64,000 nucleotides of DNA from Chrysomallon squamiferum (lineage: Eukaryota; Animalia; Mollusca). The stretch is taken from contig CM022671.1 in assembly GCA_012295275.1 (NCBI GenBank), positions 18,786,001 to 18,850,000 of the forward strand. Direction: 5' to 3'. The notes below the pieces were generated by a model. The model ran no database searches and was not told the origin of the DNA. It saw only the letters and a program-made list of their open reading frames with translations. The position numbers were made by a program, and so were the translations under genes. How positions within the stretch are numbered: the stretch's first letter is position 1; every line of letters begins with the position of its first letter. Below, piece after piece: positions 12,301 to 42,326 of this stretch.

Positions 12301-12427
12301 TGAGCAATTTAATGGAACTACAACTGCAACAACAAAAACAACCCAGAAGACTTCAGCTGCTAATGATATAAGATGTATGGCAGTCTTTCTGATTTTGATA
12401 GCCATGTTTTCAGTTGCATGTAAATAA
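1..12427 (+). CDS. Large cell-surface protein (5'-partial, >=1816 aa): EGF repeats, IPT/TIG, Ig-like/carboxypeptidase-regulatory-like folds, uncharacterised bacterial-type module, cadherin repeat, Thr-rich stalk, probable GPI signal
   Basis: Exons <1-351, 986-1314, 1632-1847, 2093-2397, 2914-3028, 3267-3449, 3681-4393, 4830-5047, 5552-5719, 6662-6926, 7336-7597, 8312-8461, 8972-9260, 9622-9693, 10158-10353, 10806-12427. All introns are GT-AG with matching phases. The total from nt 3 is 5451 nt (1817 codons) once 1 nt is removed near 4023-4040. Confidence 0.9.
986..1314 (+). CDS. Gene 1 exon: laminin-type EGF plus IPT/TIG domain
   Basis: VCVCESKNWAGRLCDEC...IVPNSAQDTGGTLVHVWGHNF...CKFG...LTCKSP...LEVSPDG matches the TIG pattern; AAAG| acceptor and AAG|GTACCA donor. 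Confidence 0.9.
1632..1847 (+). CDS. Gene 1 exon: EGF-like repeat and start of an Ig-like domain
   Basis: TTTTCAG|ACA...HGQCMFGGCLCNLPWSGPDC...CAG|GTACAA; phase 0/0. Confidence 0.88.
2093..2397 (+). CDS. Gene 1 exon: He_PIG/dystroglycan-type Ig-like fold
   Basis: WTLKSPPVGMTISSKTGLIQW...IIVIASNMIGRD matches the PxGMTIxxxTGxIxW pattern; TTTAG| acceptor and AA|GTATGT donor. Confidence 0.85.
2914..3028 (+). CDS. Gene 1 exon
   Basis: TTTGCAG|A GTG GAG... reads VENKGTIKTISAYTSQSGQNLFETKYYPKPDDSGLFLV; donor |GTATGT; phases 2/0 fit the neighbouring exons. Confidence 0.82.
3267..3449 (+). CDS. Gene 1 exon
   Basis: CTGTAG|GAT GCC CGT CAT CCA... 61 open codons (DARHPADSGFSEQTRW...LINTGVEVLENITAM); the donor GTCTGT is weaker. 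Confidence 0.78.
3681..4393 (+). CDS. Gene 1 exon containing a +1 frameshift
   Basis: Two overlapping ORFs (3690-4043 and 4018-4494) lie between one strong acceptor (TTTCAG|3681) and one donor (G|GTTTCT at 4394). Confidence 0.85.
4830..5047 (+). CDS. Gene 1 exon: carboxypeptidase-regulatory-like fold and VKYTWTVTPTTFEDKY motif
   Basis: GEVVFTNITEDQYTLRAKAPGH...; CCTGCAG| acceptor and CAG|GTAATA donor. Confidence 0.88.
5552..5719 (+). CDS. Gene 1 exon
   Basis: VPMPVVTIEP...TNHGLIRAENVRFNLP; 56 codons; TTTCAG| acceptor and CAG|GTATGA donor. Absent from the ORF track. Confidence 0.88.
6662..6926 (+). CDS. Gene 1 exon: furin-type site RTKR and Gly-rich tract
   Basis: RTKR codons at 6734-6745; GGGGGGWGGGSGGG; donor G|GTAAGA. 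Confidence 0.88.
7336..7597 (+). CDS. Gene 1 exon: Cys-containing hydrophobic helical segment
   Basis: TTTCAG|GA GGA...SCDCAKTLIKSCALAYLPIPGC...; donor AG|GTAAAT. Confidence 0.88.
8312..8461 (+). CDS. Gene 1 exon: furin-type site RKRR
   Basis: TTCACAG|A TGT GTG... CVIDIADNCDNLSRKRRDVSSEIVGEV...IFGDTK; RKRR at 8352-8363; donor AT|GTAAGC. Confidence 0.87.
8972..9260 (+). CDS. Gene 1 exon: helical region
   Basis: LDFGDKSWYNGF...LLRWNSTMTAWKNG...; TTGCAG| acceptor and GAG|GTGAAT donor. Confidence 0.87.
9622..9693 (+). CDS. Gene 1 small exon
   Basis: TTCTAG|AAA GGA... KGFSSIFDEYDNAQRIYDEDKKKK|GTTTGT; phase 0/0. Confidence 0.8.
10158..10353 (+). CDS. Gene 1 exon: GVCAKVRVRIVQELVLTRDAFNARLEIEN motif
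   Basis: TTGCAG| acceptor and G|GTAAAT donor; open frame. Confidence 0.88.
10806..12427 (+). CDS. Gene 1 terminal exon: conserved module, cadherin repeat, Thr-rich stalk, hydrophobic tail
   Basis: 1.6-kb open frame. Cadherin motifs PIF..Y, VSATDK, FSVDRKTGLI, YTLTVIAADSGIP at ~11890-12170. Ends SAANDIRCMAVFLILIAMFSVACK-stop. Confidence 0.93.
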
Positions 12428-13246
12428 ATGCAGACAAAAATGAAATTACTTTGAAATTAATTATAAAGAGCATATATTAATCAGATAAAGTTATTTATCT
12501 TATTTTATTAGTCAAATTAGTAAAGTATACATCTGTATGTGTGAACATATTTAATCAGAACTGTTACCTCTAATAGTTAAACTGTAGAAAGATCACTGCA
12601 ATTCAACATTCCAGAATCCAGGATGATTCATAATGAATGTAATTTTCATATTGTATTAAAAAATGGAGGTTGGGGCAGAAGTTCTTGTAACAAAAATAAT
12701 AGAAATAAAATATCCATTAAAAATTTGAATACTTTATCTTAAGTTAAAAGGTGAGATTTTGGTCTTTTATTCATGTAGAATCTTCAAGCAAGGAATGCTT
12801 TGTTATTAATAAATTTCATTGAATCTTTAAAACAAAGATGACATAATTTTAGAGGATCAGAAAAGATTTTTTTATCATTGTCCAGGGGTTCTGGGGGGTG
12901 TTTTTTTTTTTTTGTGTGTTTTTTGGGGTTGTTTTCTTTTAGGAGGGAAGTTTAAGCAAGGTGTATTTAAGTAATTCAAAATTATAAGCAAGAATGGAAA
13001 AAAAAATATATATTTCTATCAAAATATGTTTTGGGATAACTAGAGATATAACAGAATATTAAACCAACCCCCAAATAAAAATCAACTAAAAAGATTATTA
13101 TAGATTTTATATGTATGTATTTTATATTTATTTATTTTATTATAAAGTTTGTATTTAATATAAATATTTAATTTCAAATGTGTATATTTCAATAGTTGTT
13201 AATGAGAGGTGGTAGCAATTATTAATGGCTAGCTTCAAACATTTTT

Positions 13247-13632
13247 CTCATGTATGTAAATTACAGGTAATGGCAAACTTTATTTTCTCTGTTTTGTATT
13301 TATTGTTTTATTAGTAACTTTTGTGCTTCTTTCTGATGTAATAAACTATACAGCCTGAATATTAAATAATTTTGCTCATGTATGTAAATTACAGGTAATG
13401 GCAAACTTTATTTTCTCTGTTTTTTATTTATTGTTTTATTAGTAACTTTTGTGCTTCTTTCTGATGTAATAAACTATACAGCCTGAATATTAAATAATTT
13501 TGCTCATATATGTAAATTACAGGTAATGGCAAACTTTATTTTCTCTATTTTTTATTTATTGTTTTATTAGTAACTTTTGTGCTTCTTTTTAATGTAATAA
13601 ATTATACTAATATAATGAATATTAAATAATTG
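13247..13632. repeat. 128-bp tandem triplication
   Basis: Unit CTCATRTATGTAAATTACAGG...ATATTAAATAATT starts at 13247, 13375 and 13503; copies are near-identical. Confidence 0.95.
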
Positions 13633-14414
13633 TGAGTTTTGTTTTAGTGTTTGTGTATGTATGCTTGTGTGTTAAATGAGTCATACATACCTTCAAACAA
13701 TACAGGGACATGCTCGTAACATAGAAATACCCTTCAGTGATATTTGTCTGGCAGTATATTTAGCAGATATGAAATTTGAAATGCAAGGAAGTAATTCTTT
13801 AATACTCATGTTAAATTCAGATGCTTAGGCCAGAGAGCTTCAAAGTCAGAAATTTTTACTATCTGACCCAAATTCAAATACAGGCATCAAATATATGACA
13901 GGAATTCATAAAACATAATATCCTCACGTTTTCAAAGCCTTATTCATATAAAATAGTAGTAATATGTTTAGGATCTGTTGCACCTTTGTTGACCGTGAAA
14001 GACAACAACAAATTTTACACATATACAATCTTTAATAGTCTGGTTATGGTTTTTCATAAAATAATGTCATTGATTGTAGTCTCAGAATTTTTTAAAGAAA
14101 ATGTTAAAAAATGAGACTAAATGAAATTGTAATAACAGGTGTTTGTTTAAAAAAGAAATGTGAAGGAATACACTGTTTTTAAATTGTGAAAAAAAACCAT
14201 TATGGTTTTTGGTCATCTGTCATTATTAATTAAGTCATACATTTATTTCAAACTAAAACATTGCTAACTATATCAGCAATGGTATAGACATGTAAATTGA
14301 TTATAGACTGCTCTAGAGAAGACAATGGGTTAAATTTCAATTGTTTCTATTTATTTTTATCACTCAACTCACTCTTTCTGCAACATTTTGTTTTCATAAC
14401 ATATGATTAAAAAG

Positions 14415-14474
14415 CCATTTATGAATTACCCATTTAAATCTATTCCATTTATGAATTACCCATTTAAATCTATT
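14415..14474. repeat. 30-bp perfect tandem duplication
   Basis: CCATTTATGAATTACCCATTTAAATCTATT x2. Confidence 0.9.
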
Positions 14475-15254
14475 AATCACAGACTAATATATTTTTTTTT
14501 TATACAACATATCACTGTGCTTCAGTTACACTGATATAAATTCAGAGAAAATAAAAATGAAATCTATTAGTCTCAGTATTTCATGTGCAACTATCATTCA
14601 AACCCTGTGTGAAAAATAATAAAATAGTTAACATTTTCAATAAAGTGGATTTATCTTCTTTAAAAAAAAAAATTAAGTTTGAAATACCCAGCAACCAGAT
14701 TAAGGTTTTTGAACACAACAACCATATGATAATACTGATAGAGTAAACATTGTAATAAATACAAATAATATAAATAGATGTTGGAATCAATGTTACAATA
14801 ATCACACCAAACCACATACAGATATATATATCTGATAATAATAATAATGAAAATAATAAATAATAATAAAACAGAGACAGTGATAAGAACAACACTAACA
14901 TGAACAATAATAATGAACTAATTCATGACACCTACAACATTAAATAATTTATTTTATTAATAATAAAATTTATTAAAATGAACAAAAATAAATATTGCCT
15001 CAATCTGGGTATTTTTATAAAGTTATTCAAAAGGCATTTTTTAATTAACAAATTATTTTTTTATAGATGATGATGATGATGATGTTTATGAAGATGATGA
15101 TGATGATAATACTGATATAAATAATGGACGGACAGATTGCTACATATTAATATGATTCTCAATTCATTGTAAATAATAATAAATAAATGAATAAAATGTT
15201 TTGTAGTTATGATGTTGATCAAAACCAATTATTTCCTTTTTCAAATTAAAAACA

Positions 15255-15291
<37 letters not shown>

Positions 15292-17168
15292 TTTTTATAA
15301 ACTTTATATTTTGTTTATAATCAAATTAAAATATCTAAAATATTCACGTGAAAAATTGCTTACTATCATACCACACAAAAGAAAACAATCAGTCAACAAA
15401 ATTCTGTTGTTCAGAAATTTCAAATGAAAATTTCTTCAATAGTGGGTTGCTTTTACTGATTCCTAAACTCTAGAAAGCCTGAAGTTATCAAGTAATAAAT
15501 ATTTAGTAAAACTACTGAAGCACAACATCCTTATTTTTTCAGTTATATATTCTGATACAAAACTGAATGTCTAACAAAATCAAGAATGACTTCAAAGATC
15601 AAAACAATGTTGTTGTTTTAACTCTTTTAAAAATATATAATTTAATCCTGAAAAGATAAACTAGTTAAGTTGTAAGTTAGGGATCTTTTATTAAATTTGC
15701 TACAGGCCTCATACCAAATTAATTCAACCCTGTGGCCTGCTGCTGTAAAAAGGATTTATTCACACCAACTTTCACTCTATAATCAAATGCACTGAAACAC
15801 TACCATTGAAACAGATTCAGAGCAGTTTTAAATTTTTAACTCAGACCAGCCTAACATTAATTACAATTCTTTTAACTGGATAATCAGGTTTAAAACAATA
15901 AGTGAATGAAATAATAATCATCACAATCCAGTGGCATAAGGAAACATAATATATATTTTGCTAGTGTTTGTTGTTATTGTCAGTTTTGCTGGTAATCTGC
16001 TTAAAATAATAATTATGATAATAAACATATGAATAAATAAATAAATAAATACACAAAAAAAAAATGCCAGACAATAATAATTGATAATAATTATAATGAT
16101 AATTTTTATGTTTATTTTTAAAAGTATAGTTTTTTGTTATTTTTTATTATTTTGTTTTGTTGTTTTTGATTTCATTTTTTTATTGTTAATTATTATTGAA
16201 GGAAATTTTTTTTGTTCTGTATATATGTATATCTGTTTTAGGAAATATGCTGAAAAAAGGAACAAAAATAAGTGAATGAATGATAATATACAAATAAAAA
16301 TATATAATATGATAATATACTAGATAAAACAAATGTTAGCTGATTACTACATGCAGTTCTTTTCTTCTTAACTTCAATGCTTCACTGAGGTATCTCACTT
16401 TATCTACTGGATGGTATTTACATTATTGTAGTATGCTGACTACCTGCTTTATAAATTAATATAAAAGACACAAAGATCATTAATACTGATTTGTAAAGAA
16501 AAATAATTAAAAAATAACAGTTAAATTTGACAGCCATTTTGAAAATTGTATGGACTTTTAACATTTTTGTTTAAAAATATATTAGTTATATAATTTCTCT
16601 CTCTTTCTCTCTCTCTCACACACACACACACACAGACAAATCTTGTCTTTAAACACACACACAAACAGACAAATCTTGTCTTTAAAACAGTAAATATTCA
16701 TATGATAAAGGTAGCTGCAAAAGAAAATGTTTTATTTTGATGGTGGCACAGTGATTAAAATTAGTAATATTCTGTTTATTCTTTAAGTTTAATAATATTA
16801 ATTATTATTATAATAAATGGTTATTCAAAGTTTGTTTTAAATACTTTCATTTAACCTGATTATAATGACTGATGTAAACTGCCACATATTTTGATCATTA
16901 CTCAGAAATGTAATTGTTAAAATGTATAAAGTTTGAATTTATAATACATTTTCTTAGGTTTATCATCAAACAAGTATTCACTGACTGTCACACAAATCAC
17001 AGATCTTTGACATCAGCGTTACAGTTTCTCAGCAGCAGTTAACATGTCATAGCACTCAGACAATATCGTTTGAAACGGCTTATTCTCTGTGTTTCAAGAA
17101 TGAATAAAATCACGCCAAGTTATTCTTATGTTTTGGTATTTCCATAATTTTGTGGTTCCGCCAAAAGA

Positions 17169-34912
<17,744 letters not shown>

Positions 34913-35476
34913 GATTCCTCAAATGCGTGATCGTATACGTCTGATGATCACTTGTTCGAATTATATCACTTCATGTCGATGAGGTAAATTTTTATCCTGG
35001 AATAAATAAATAAATATTAATTAGAAACAACAACAATAAACAGTTATAATAATAATAATAATAATAATAATATAAATAATAATAATAATAATAATAATAA
35101 TATAAATAATAATAATAATAATAATAATAAATTAATGGCAATCTAAATAATATTGCGTTTGATTAAAAGTGTTTTGTTTTTGTTTGTTTTCTACAATTTC
35201 TATTTTTTAGAATATTATAATTCTCAAACATATTTTAGCCTCAGTTATTATGTATTACCTTCTGAACGCTGAAGAATTTTGTAAATATTCATTAATATAC
35301 ATAATGAATATATATATAAAAACTTTCAAAACAACATAAAAAAAAAAATATATATATATATTTAATTGAGTATTGATTAATATTTGTTTAAAATTACTGT
35401 ATCTCTGCTTATCTACTTACTTCTTTGCCTAAATTTACTTACTAACCTTTTTATCAAGTTTTCTCTTCCTCTGATT

Positions 35477-35561
<85 letters not shown>

Positions 35562-35734
35562 GTGAGTGTGTGTGTGTCTCTCTCTCTCTTTAATTTCTTT
35601 CATAAACCAGACACCTTCTTTTATACATTCTGTCATATGTGCTTCTGTAAAACACGAACACGCCCTTAATTCATTCAGATAAAAAAAACTTCACAAGAAA
35701 ATTAACATTTTTTAAAATCAGAATCGATCCCTAC

Positions 35735-35795
35735 CTGATAACACAGCCGGTCACGATTCTAAAACTTGCCCTTTAAGACGAACGCATGCGCATAC
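35735..35795 (-). promoter_or_regulatory. Candidate non-coding first exon/promoter of gene 2 with an NRF1-type motif
   Basis: Minus-strand donor CAG|GTAGGG at 35734; TGCGCATGCGT at 35792-35782. Confidence 0.4.
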
Positions 35796-36929
35796 ATTCG
35801 TCAAACAAAACAACAGTGGAATAATATTTTTAAAAGGGTCAGATTAACAACAAATGAATATGTTAGGTGCACGGATTAGGAGATAAGCTGTTTGAACTTT
35901 TATCTACGTTTGTGGGTCTCAGTATATCAGCACAGTCAAAATCTTCAGCATGGATGACGAAAATGAAATATGGCTACAGCATTTCTCTTACTGCAATTTA
36001 TGTATAATAAGTTGCCTGATGACATTACATAAAAACTGGAATCGAGTATAATAGTACTCTCACGACGCGTTATCTAATAAATGCATTATGCAAGCTATCG
36101 TTAGTGCGTGCATGGGATTCAAATCTGTCTCGTGAACAGTATTACTTTGCTAGCCATAATGCTATTTACATAAACCCGATTTGTTACGTACAATCGATTT
36201 GTTCACGTGAGTATATAATAGTTATGCAAATGAATTAGCAACAAAAGCTACACCGAACTGTTATTTTTGAATCTTACACATATCCCCCACACGCCAACTT
36301 TTCAATCTGTAATAATAAATTTTGATATTTATAAATTCTTTGACTAATATAAAATCGCCGTGAATGATATTCATTGAAATCTGGACCTAAGCATGCTCAA
36401 ATTATTTAATAAAGTTAGAACGTATTATTTTGTTGCTTTTTTGTATTTGTAACGTATTTTTCTTATTTTTCTTCTTCTTGAACAAAATGAAGTTAAGTAT
36501 TTATCGTTTCGATTTATGTAATTCAACAAAGGTTGGAAATTTGAAATTTTTCGCTAATCTCGATAGCAGAAATTGATTACTTTTTCCAGCGAGCAGATCT
36601 CAACAATCGCCATAAGTCGCGGATTCTCGGTTTAAGCTGTGCTATTTTTGGATCGTTACTCAAGGTTAAACTGGCAACATTAATACAGAATCGGTTTAGT
36701 TAAATCCAAAAGGATCATGTTTCACTGTGAAGGATATTTCCAAAGGTAAAATCATAAATCAAATAAAAGGCACTCTTTTGAAAATGAATCAATGAAGATA
36801 TATCACAGACTGTTATTTTTTTATGTGAAAGATGGAAAATACCATGTGAAATATCTATAATAATGCACTGTATCAGCGGCAACAGCAACAACAACAGCAG
36901 CAGCAGCAACAAAAACAACAACGACAGTG

Positions 36930-36983
<54 letters not shown>

Positions 36984-39900
36984 CTCACTAGGCATAAGCC
37001 TAGGAAACCCATCTATTTTTTTTTCTGCCGAAGCACTGTTAGCTGGTGTACACGGGTGAAATACTTGAAAACCTAAGGTCCAAACCAAAGGTTAATACGA
37101 CCCTGAATAATGTCCGACAGACAAACGGGAGTGGGCGAACTACATGATTTACTTAACATCGATTTATGAAAGATGATATATATAGAGTATATAATTATAT
37201 ATTAGCTGTATTTAGAAGTTTGTAAGTTAGTAATACAAATCGAGTAAAGTGATTTATATATTTAACTTACATAGAAACGGGGCATTAATTATTTCTTTTT
37301 AAGAAATTAAAATGTTTAAAGTATTTATAGTTTTTAAAGTATCTGCAAGATATTCTTTCTGTTCATTTTTACTAATCAGATCGATTATTTTATTTATTTG
37401 TTTGTTTGTTTGTGTGATAATTTATTTATTACAATTCGAAAGAGAAACGAAATTACTGATCTAGAAATAAAGTTAAAAGGGTGTCCAGAAATTTACAAGA
37501 TTGAAGATATCCAATATTACTTGAAATAATTTGATACTGTTTATTTCATTACTGATTTATGTGTCTGTCTCACACAATTTACTTTATATGTTGATGTTGA
37601 TCTTGTTCTTTCAAAGAGAGAGAGAGAAAAAAAAAAAAGGAGAACAAATTAATTAATTAATAGTAAAAAAATAAATTAACATAAAATATATAAATAAAAT
37701 AAAACTCCACTCGCACGTTCGAAGCTTGTTTATGTAATATTTCCCGAGCCTTTTTCAAACGCTTCTTTAATCTCTAACATTAGTTACGACCCTGGAAAAA
37801 CAGACACCGCTTTGAATGCGTGCATGGGCCATTAATCGTGTATCATTTCTGACCTTCTCGGTTTAAAACGACGACCCTAACGATAAACATTCATTCATTA
37901 GCGTTTGGCAAATGATTGCGTCGCCTCAAGTTGACTGAGAACAATAACGAAGTACAGCCTGACTCGGGTGTTTGGTACGCTAAAGTGTTTGAAACCTGTA
38001 GAGTTCTCGCACGTAGGCTGTTGTGTGACTGAACGGTAGAATTCTAATGAAACACGAACAGCAGTTTCAAAAAGAAAAAGAAAAAAAAAAAAAAAAAAAA
38101 AGAGAAAATATATATCGGGAAGAAAAATAATTACTTATTGATTTGTGAAATATACGACCAGAATCTTGACAAATATTGACAACACGTCTCTGTAAAAGCG
38201 TAGTCAGAAATAACATGTTTCGATTTCATGTTAAAAAAAAAAAAAATAAAAAAATTAATGATGGTTAAATGAAACTAACGAAGAAGACAAATTTAATTAA
38301 CAGTAAAAGAAAACCCTCACAAACACAAAAAGAAAACTCCAGTATCTATAATAATAATAATAATAATAATCATCATCATCATTATCATCAACATCAACTC
38401 CATGATGATGACGCCAAAAATATTAACAGTAACAATGACAATGAAATTATGAACATAATGTTCACAATTATTAATAAACAAAAAATTCAGTGTTTTTTGT
38501 TGTTGTTTGGGGGGGGATTGTGTTGTTTTTTTTTTTTTTTTTTTTTTGGTTTTTGTTTAACCAAAAATTCATTTCCACAGATCTAAACAACAAAAATATT
38601 TATTTTATCACATCTTCAGAACGACGAAAATATTCAGTTACAGAGTTTGAAAAAAAAAAAAAATTCAATTACCCATATCTAAACAGCAATAAAAACTATT
38701 CAGTTTATATTCAGATCATAAAACTTACAGAAATATTAATTTTCCACGTATCAAAAGAACACAAATGTGTCAGTATATTATGATATAAAGTAGAAGAGCA
38801 ATAAAATACTTAGATCAAAAGAAAAACAAAACTGTTAATTGTACACGGATTCAATGAAGGACATAGCTATATGAAATTTATATGTATTTATATAAGAAAA
38901 AAAAATATCGTAGAAAGCAATATTGAGACTTGAAGAACGTTATTAACGTTTGTTGACCTGTTGTTGTTATTAAGATTTATTGAACCATTTTATCAAGTAC
39001 ATTTCGCAGACAAGGTTTCCAAATCGCGGAATATTTTATCAGATGCATTAAGAAAATAGAAACGTCTAATCCTTTTGAGCCGAATGTCTTTTGGAGTTTT
39101 AAAATGCTTTGTTGAAATTAAGTGCTAATGGATTCCTACGCCACTACTGTTTGACAATAATACATTATGTACTGACTGTACAAACTAAATCACAAAAACG
39201 CAAATACACGCCAGTATCTGTCTTTTAAGCATTACTTGTTAAAATAAAATTAGAACTGTTTGTTGTTATTACAAAAGGTTATTAACTATTAGAAAATCTG
39301 AAAAAGAGTTGCCAAAGCTGGAGAAAAAGGAAGTTTCATTATGGAGAAGTGCAGCAAGCAATAATAAATCTGTCTAAGGACAATTTTAAATTATGCTGTG
39401 ATGCATTCAAACGAAGATAATGTATTGCAGAATATATTAAATTCAACATACATTTTTTAAATTTGTTATTATTTTTTTTTTTTTTCGAAGATGCCTTTAA
39501 TGGCGTCCTTGGACATAATGTTAAGGTGCTGTTTGTAAACAGGCTAAAATGTAAATGTTTATAATTGATGCGAAAATTTTAGTTCTGTCTATATACAGAT
39601 AATTCTGAAATTCTTTAGATCAGAGTGCATAACCAGTAAAATACGAAATACCATTTAGTTCAGACACGTACCCTGGAGTTGCCCGGACATAAAAAAAAAT
39701 ATCGCTGTTGGCGGCGAAGTAACTCCTGGTGTTAAATGGACCCACCCTTGTTGCGGATCATAAGCTTCTTAAAGAACACTTATTCGCAGTTGATTTCACA
39801 CAATGCTGATCCGATTTTTAATAGTGTTTGGTTAAATCTTCACGCACAACTGGTTTCTCCTTTGATTCTGTTCGAGAGTTAATCTAATATTCGCGATAAT

Positions 39901-40146
39901 GTACATCACTGGCAACCACGTGTTAGAAACAGGTGGCATGATATACAGTTTTATATATATATACACACACAAACACACATACATGCACATACACACTCAC
40001 ATATGCACACATACACACATTCACACACATATATATATATCAGTGTCTGTAACTATGCATATCACTCTGTGTCATTATCTACCTACCTACCTACCTACCT
40101 ACAAACGTACATACATACATACATACGTACGTACATGTAACCTCAA

Positions 40147-40267
40147 CAAAATTCAAATAAACAGAAAAACAGTTTATAGCACATTGTCATTCTTTGTAGC
40201 CATATATTCAGGTTTAAAAAACAAACAAAACATTTGATCATTTAGGTCAAGTAAAGTTTCGCTCAAA
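40147..40267. repeat. ~120-bp dispersed direct repeat, copy 1
   Basis: Near-identical to 44785-44904. Confidence 0.9.
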
Positions 40268-40774
40268 CAGAAAAATATATACATACATACATAAAGATAT
40301 ACAGACATAAATACAGATACACAAACATACATATGTACATACAAGATAAACATGATATAAATCCTACCACACATAAACATACATACACATGTAACGTATA
40401 TAGAAAAATAGATAGGCAAACAGATAGACAGACAGACAAACAGACAATTAGAATAACTGACACGTAGTCAGGTAGGCAGACAGACAAACATGTGAAGAGA
40501 GATACAGAAAGATAGAGAGATACAAAGATCGAAAGATAACTAGACAGCCTATCAGATAGATAGATATCGTCAGTAATCGTACATATATAAGACTACCCTC
40601 AGAATTTTACAAACACATCATTCATATTACCATACACTAATATACAGAGCAATCTGTCAATGATCTTTACAATTAATTTTTCTTACCATAAGCTTCGTAA
40701 AATTTGTTTGGCTGCAGCAAACTTTGTATTATGATTCCATATAATTATTTTGCTTTTAAAAGTGACAGTTTTAA

Positions 40775-40821
<47 letters not shown>

Positions 40822-41482
40822 GAGTTAAATGCAGATCAGAGTGTCGAAGTTTTGTTTAAATGTGGGGGTTGTTGGGGGTATTTTTTAAATCTCTTTTTGT
40901 TAAGGCGTTAATAAAAACAGAAGACGTTTTATTTTTATTTATAAAATAGGTACAAAAGTTATAAATGATTGGAGAGAAACAAATGTTCAAAAATAATTAA
41001 ATATATAATAATAATATTGAGATTAAAAAGTTACAAATAAATAAATTAAGCAAACTAATAATAATAATCATTATAATAATAACAACGTATGTATGTATAT
41101 ATATGAGTGTGTGTATATACGTATGTACATTTGTATTTCATTTCTGTATAAATATTATATTATGTACCTTGTGCTTTTTAATATCTATTATAATATTACA
41201 ACGCTATTTATTTCTTAACGTAGTTTTCACATGTAATTAATCATACCAGCTATTTAAAAAGTTTAATGTTCTTATTACAAAAATGAATAGTATAATTACG
41301 GTTATAAATCTATGAAATCATGAACCTAATTCATAAAATATTTAAAATGTCGACATTTCGGATTTTTAATTTTGTTTTAATTTTAATTTTTTTTTTTTTT
41401 TTTTTTTTTTTAATGACATATAAAAATTTAAAAAATAAAAAATAAATAAAATAAAATAATTTCTTGCTTAACACGACCTTAC

Positions 41483-41558
41483 CTCACTGAATGGAGATTT
41501 GTTTCACAATATCTCGCTGAAGCCTTAAGCATGTACTGCTTCACGCTGTTAAAATGTT
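41483..41558 (-). other. Candidate upstream 5'UTR exon of gene 2
   Basis: Branch-like GACTAAT, acceptor ATTCAG| and strong donor GAG|GTAAGG; CpG-rich patch at ~41640-41860 just upstream. Confidence 0.45.
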
Positions 41559-42263
41559 CTGAATGTAGCAAGCAATTAGTCATTAAAAAGAAGAAGAAAT
41601 AATAATTTAAAAAAAACACACAATATATATATCCCCACAGTCTTCAGAACGTGACGGCTCGCGAGTTATCGTCTGCAAAACTTGTGACAGCAGACGACGT
41701 ATGAGCAGCGGGCGTGAAAACTCGTGTCTCGCGTGAAACGTGTGGGTTAGTCGTCGTAGACAAAATGTCATTAGGCAGTTATCAGTCTAATTAGAACTGT
41801 CAGTGTATTTGTGTCACTGTGCTTCTACCTTTTACGTACGTGTTTCAGCTCGAGAAGGACACTCTTTGACACTCTTTTCTGCACTAACAGTTCTTCTGCA
41901 ATTGGAAGTTTATTCATGGTTTCCCAACCTAACAAAATTCAGTATTAAAAATCGGTTGATGTGTCATTAAATATTTGTTAGTTCATAAATTTATTGCATT
42001 ATATGTATCTCGTCAGCTTGAAGTAAATTTATAATCCTTGCAACTTAAAATCGATACCTGTATTTTATGTTTTTCTACTGCGCTATTTTATAGACCATTT
42101 AAAGAATCGTGGTCCGCAGATAATGAAAATTTATTTATTTATTTATTTTTGTTGTTTTTAAAATGTCTAATTAATAATCATTTTTAGTCATTATTATTTT
42201 CATCAATATCAGCATTATTACTCATGTTATAATTATTATTATCATTATTACTATTACTATTAA

Positions 42264-42326
<63 letters not shown>

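Noticed and set aside
1-12427. Teneurin or tenascin assignment for gene 1
   Set aside because: It has EGF repeats, but I saw no NHL/YD repeats or FN3/fibrinogen domains, and the C-terminus differs.
36085-36135. tRNA or tRNA-derived SINE (B-box-like GATTCAAATC)
   Set aside because: No cloverleaf or convincing A box.
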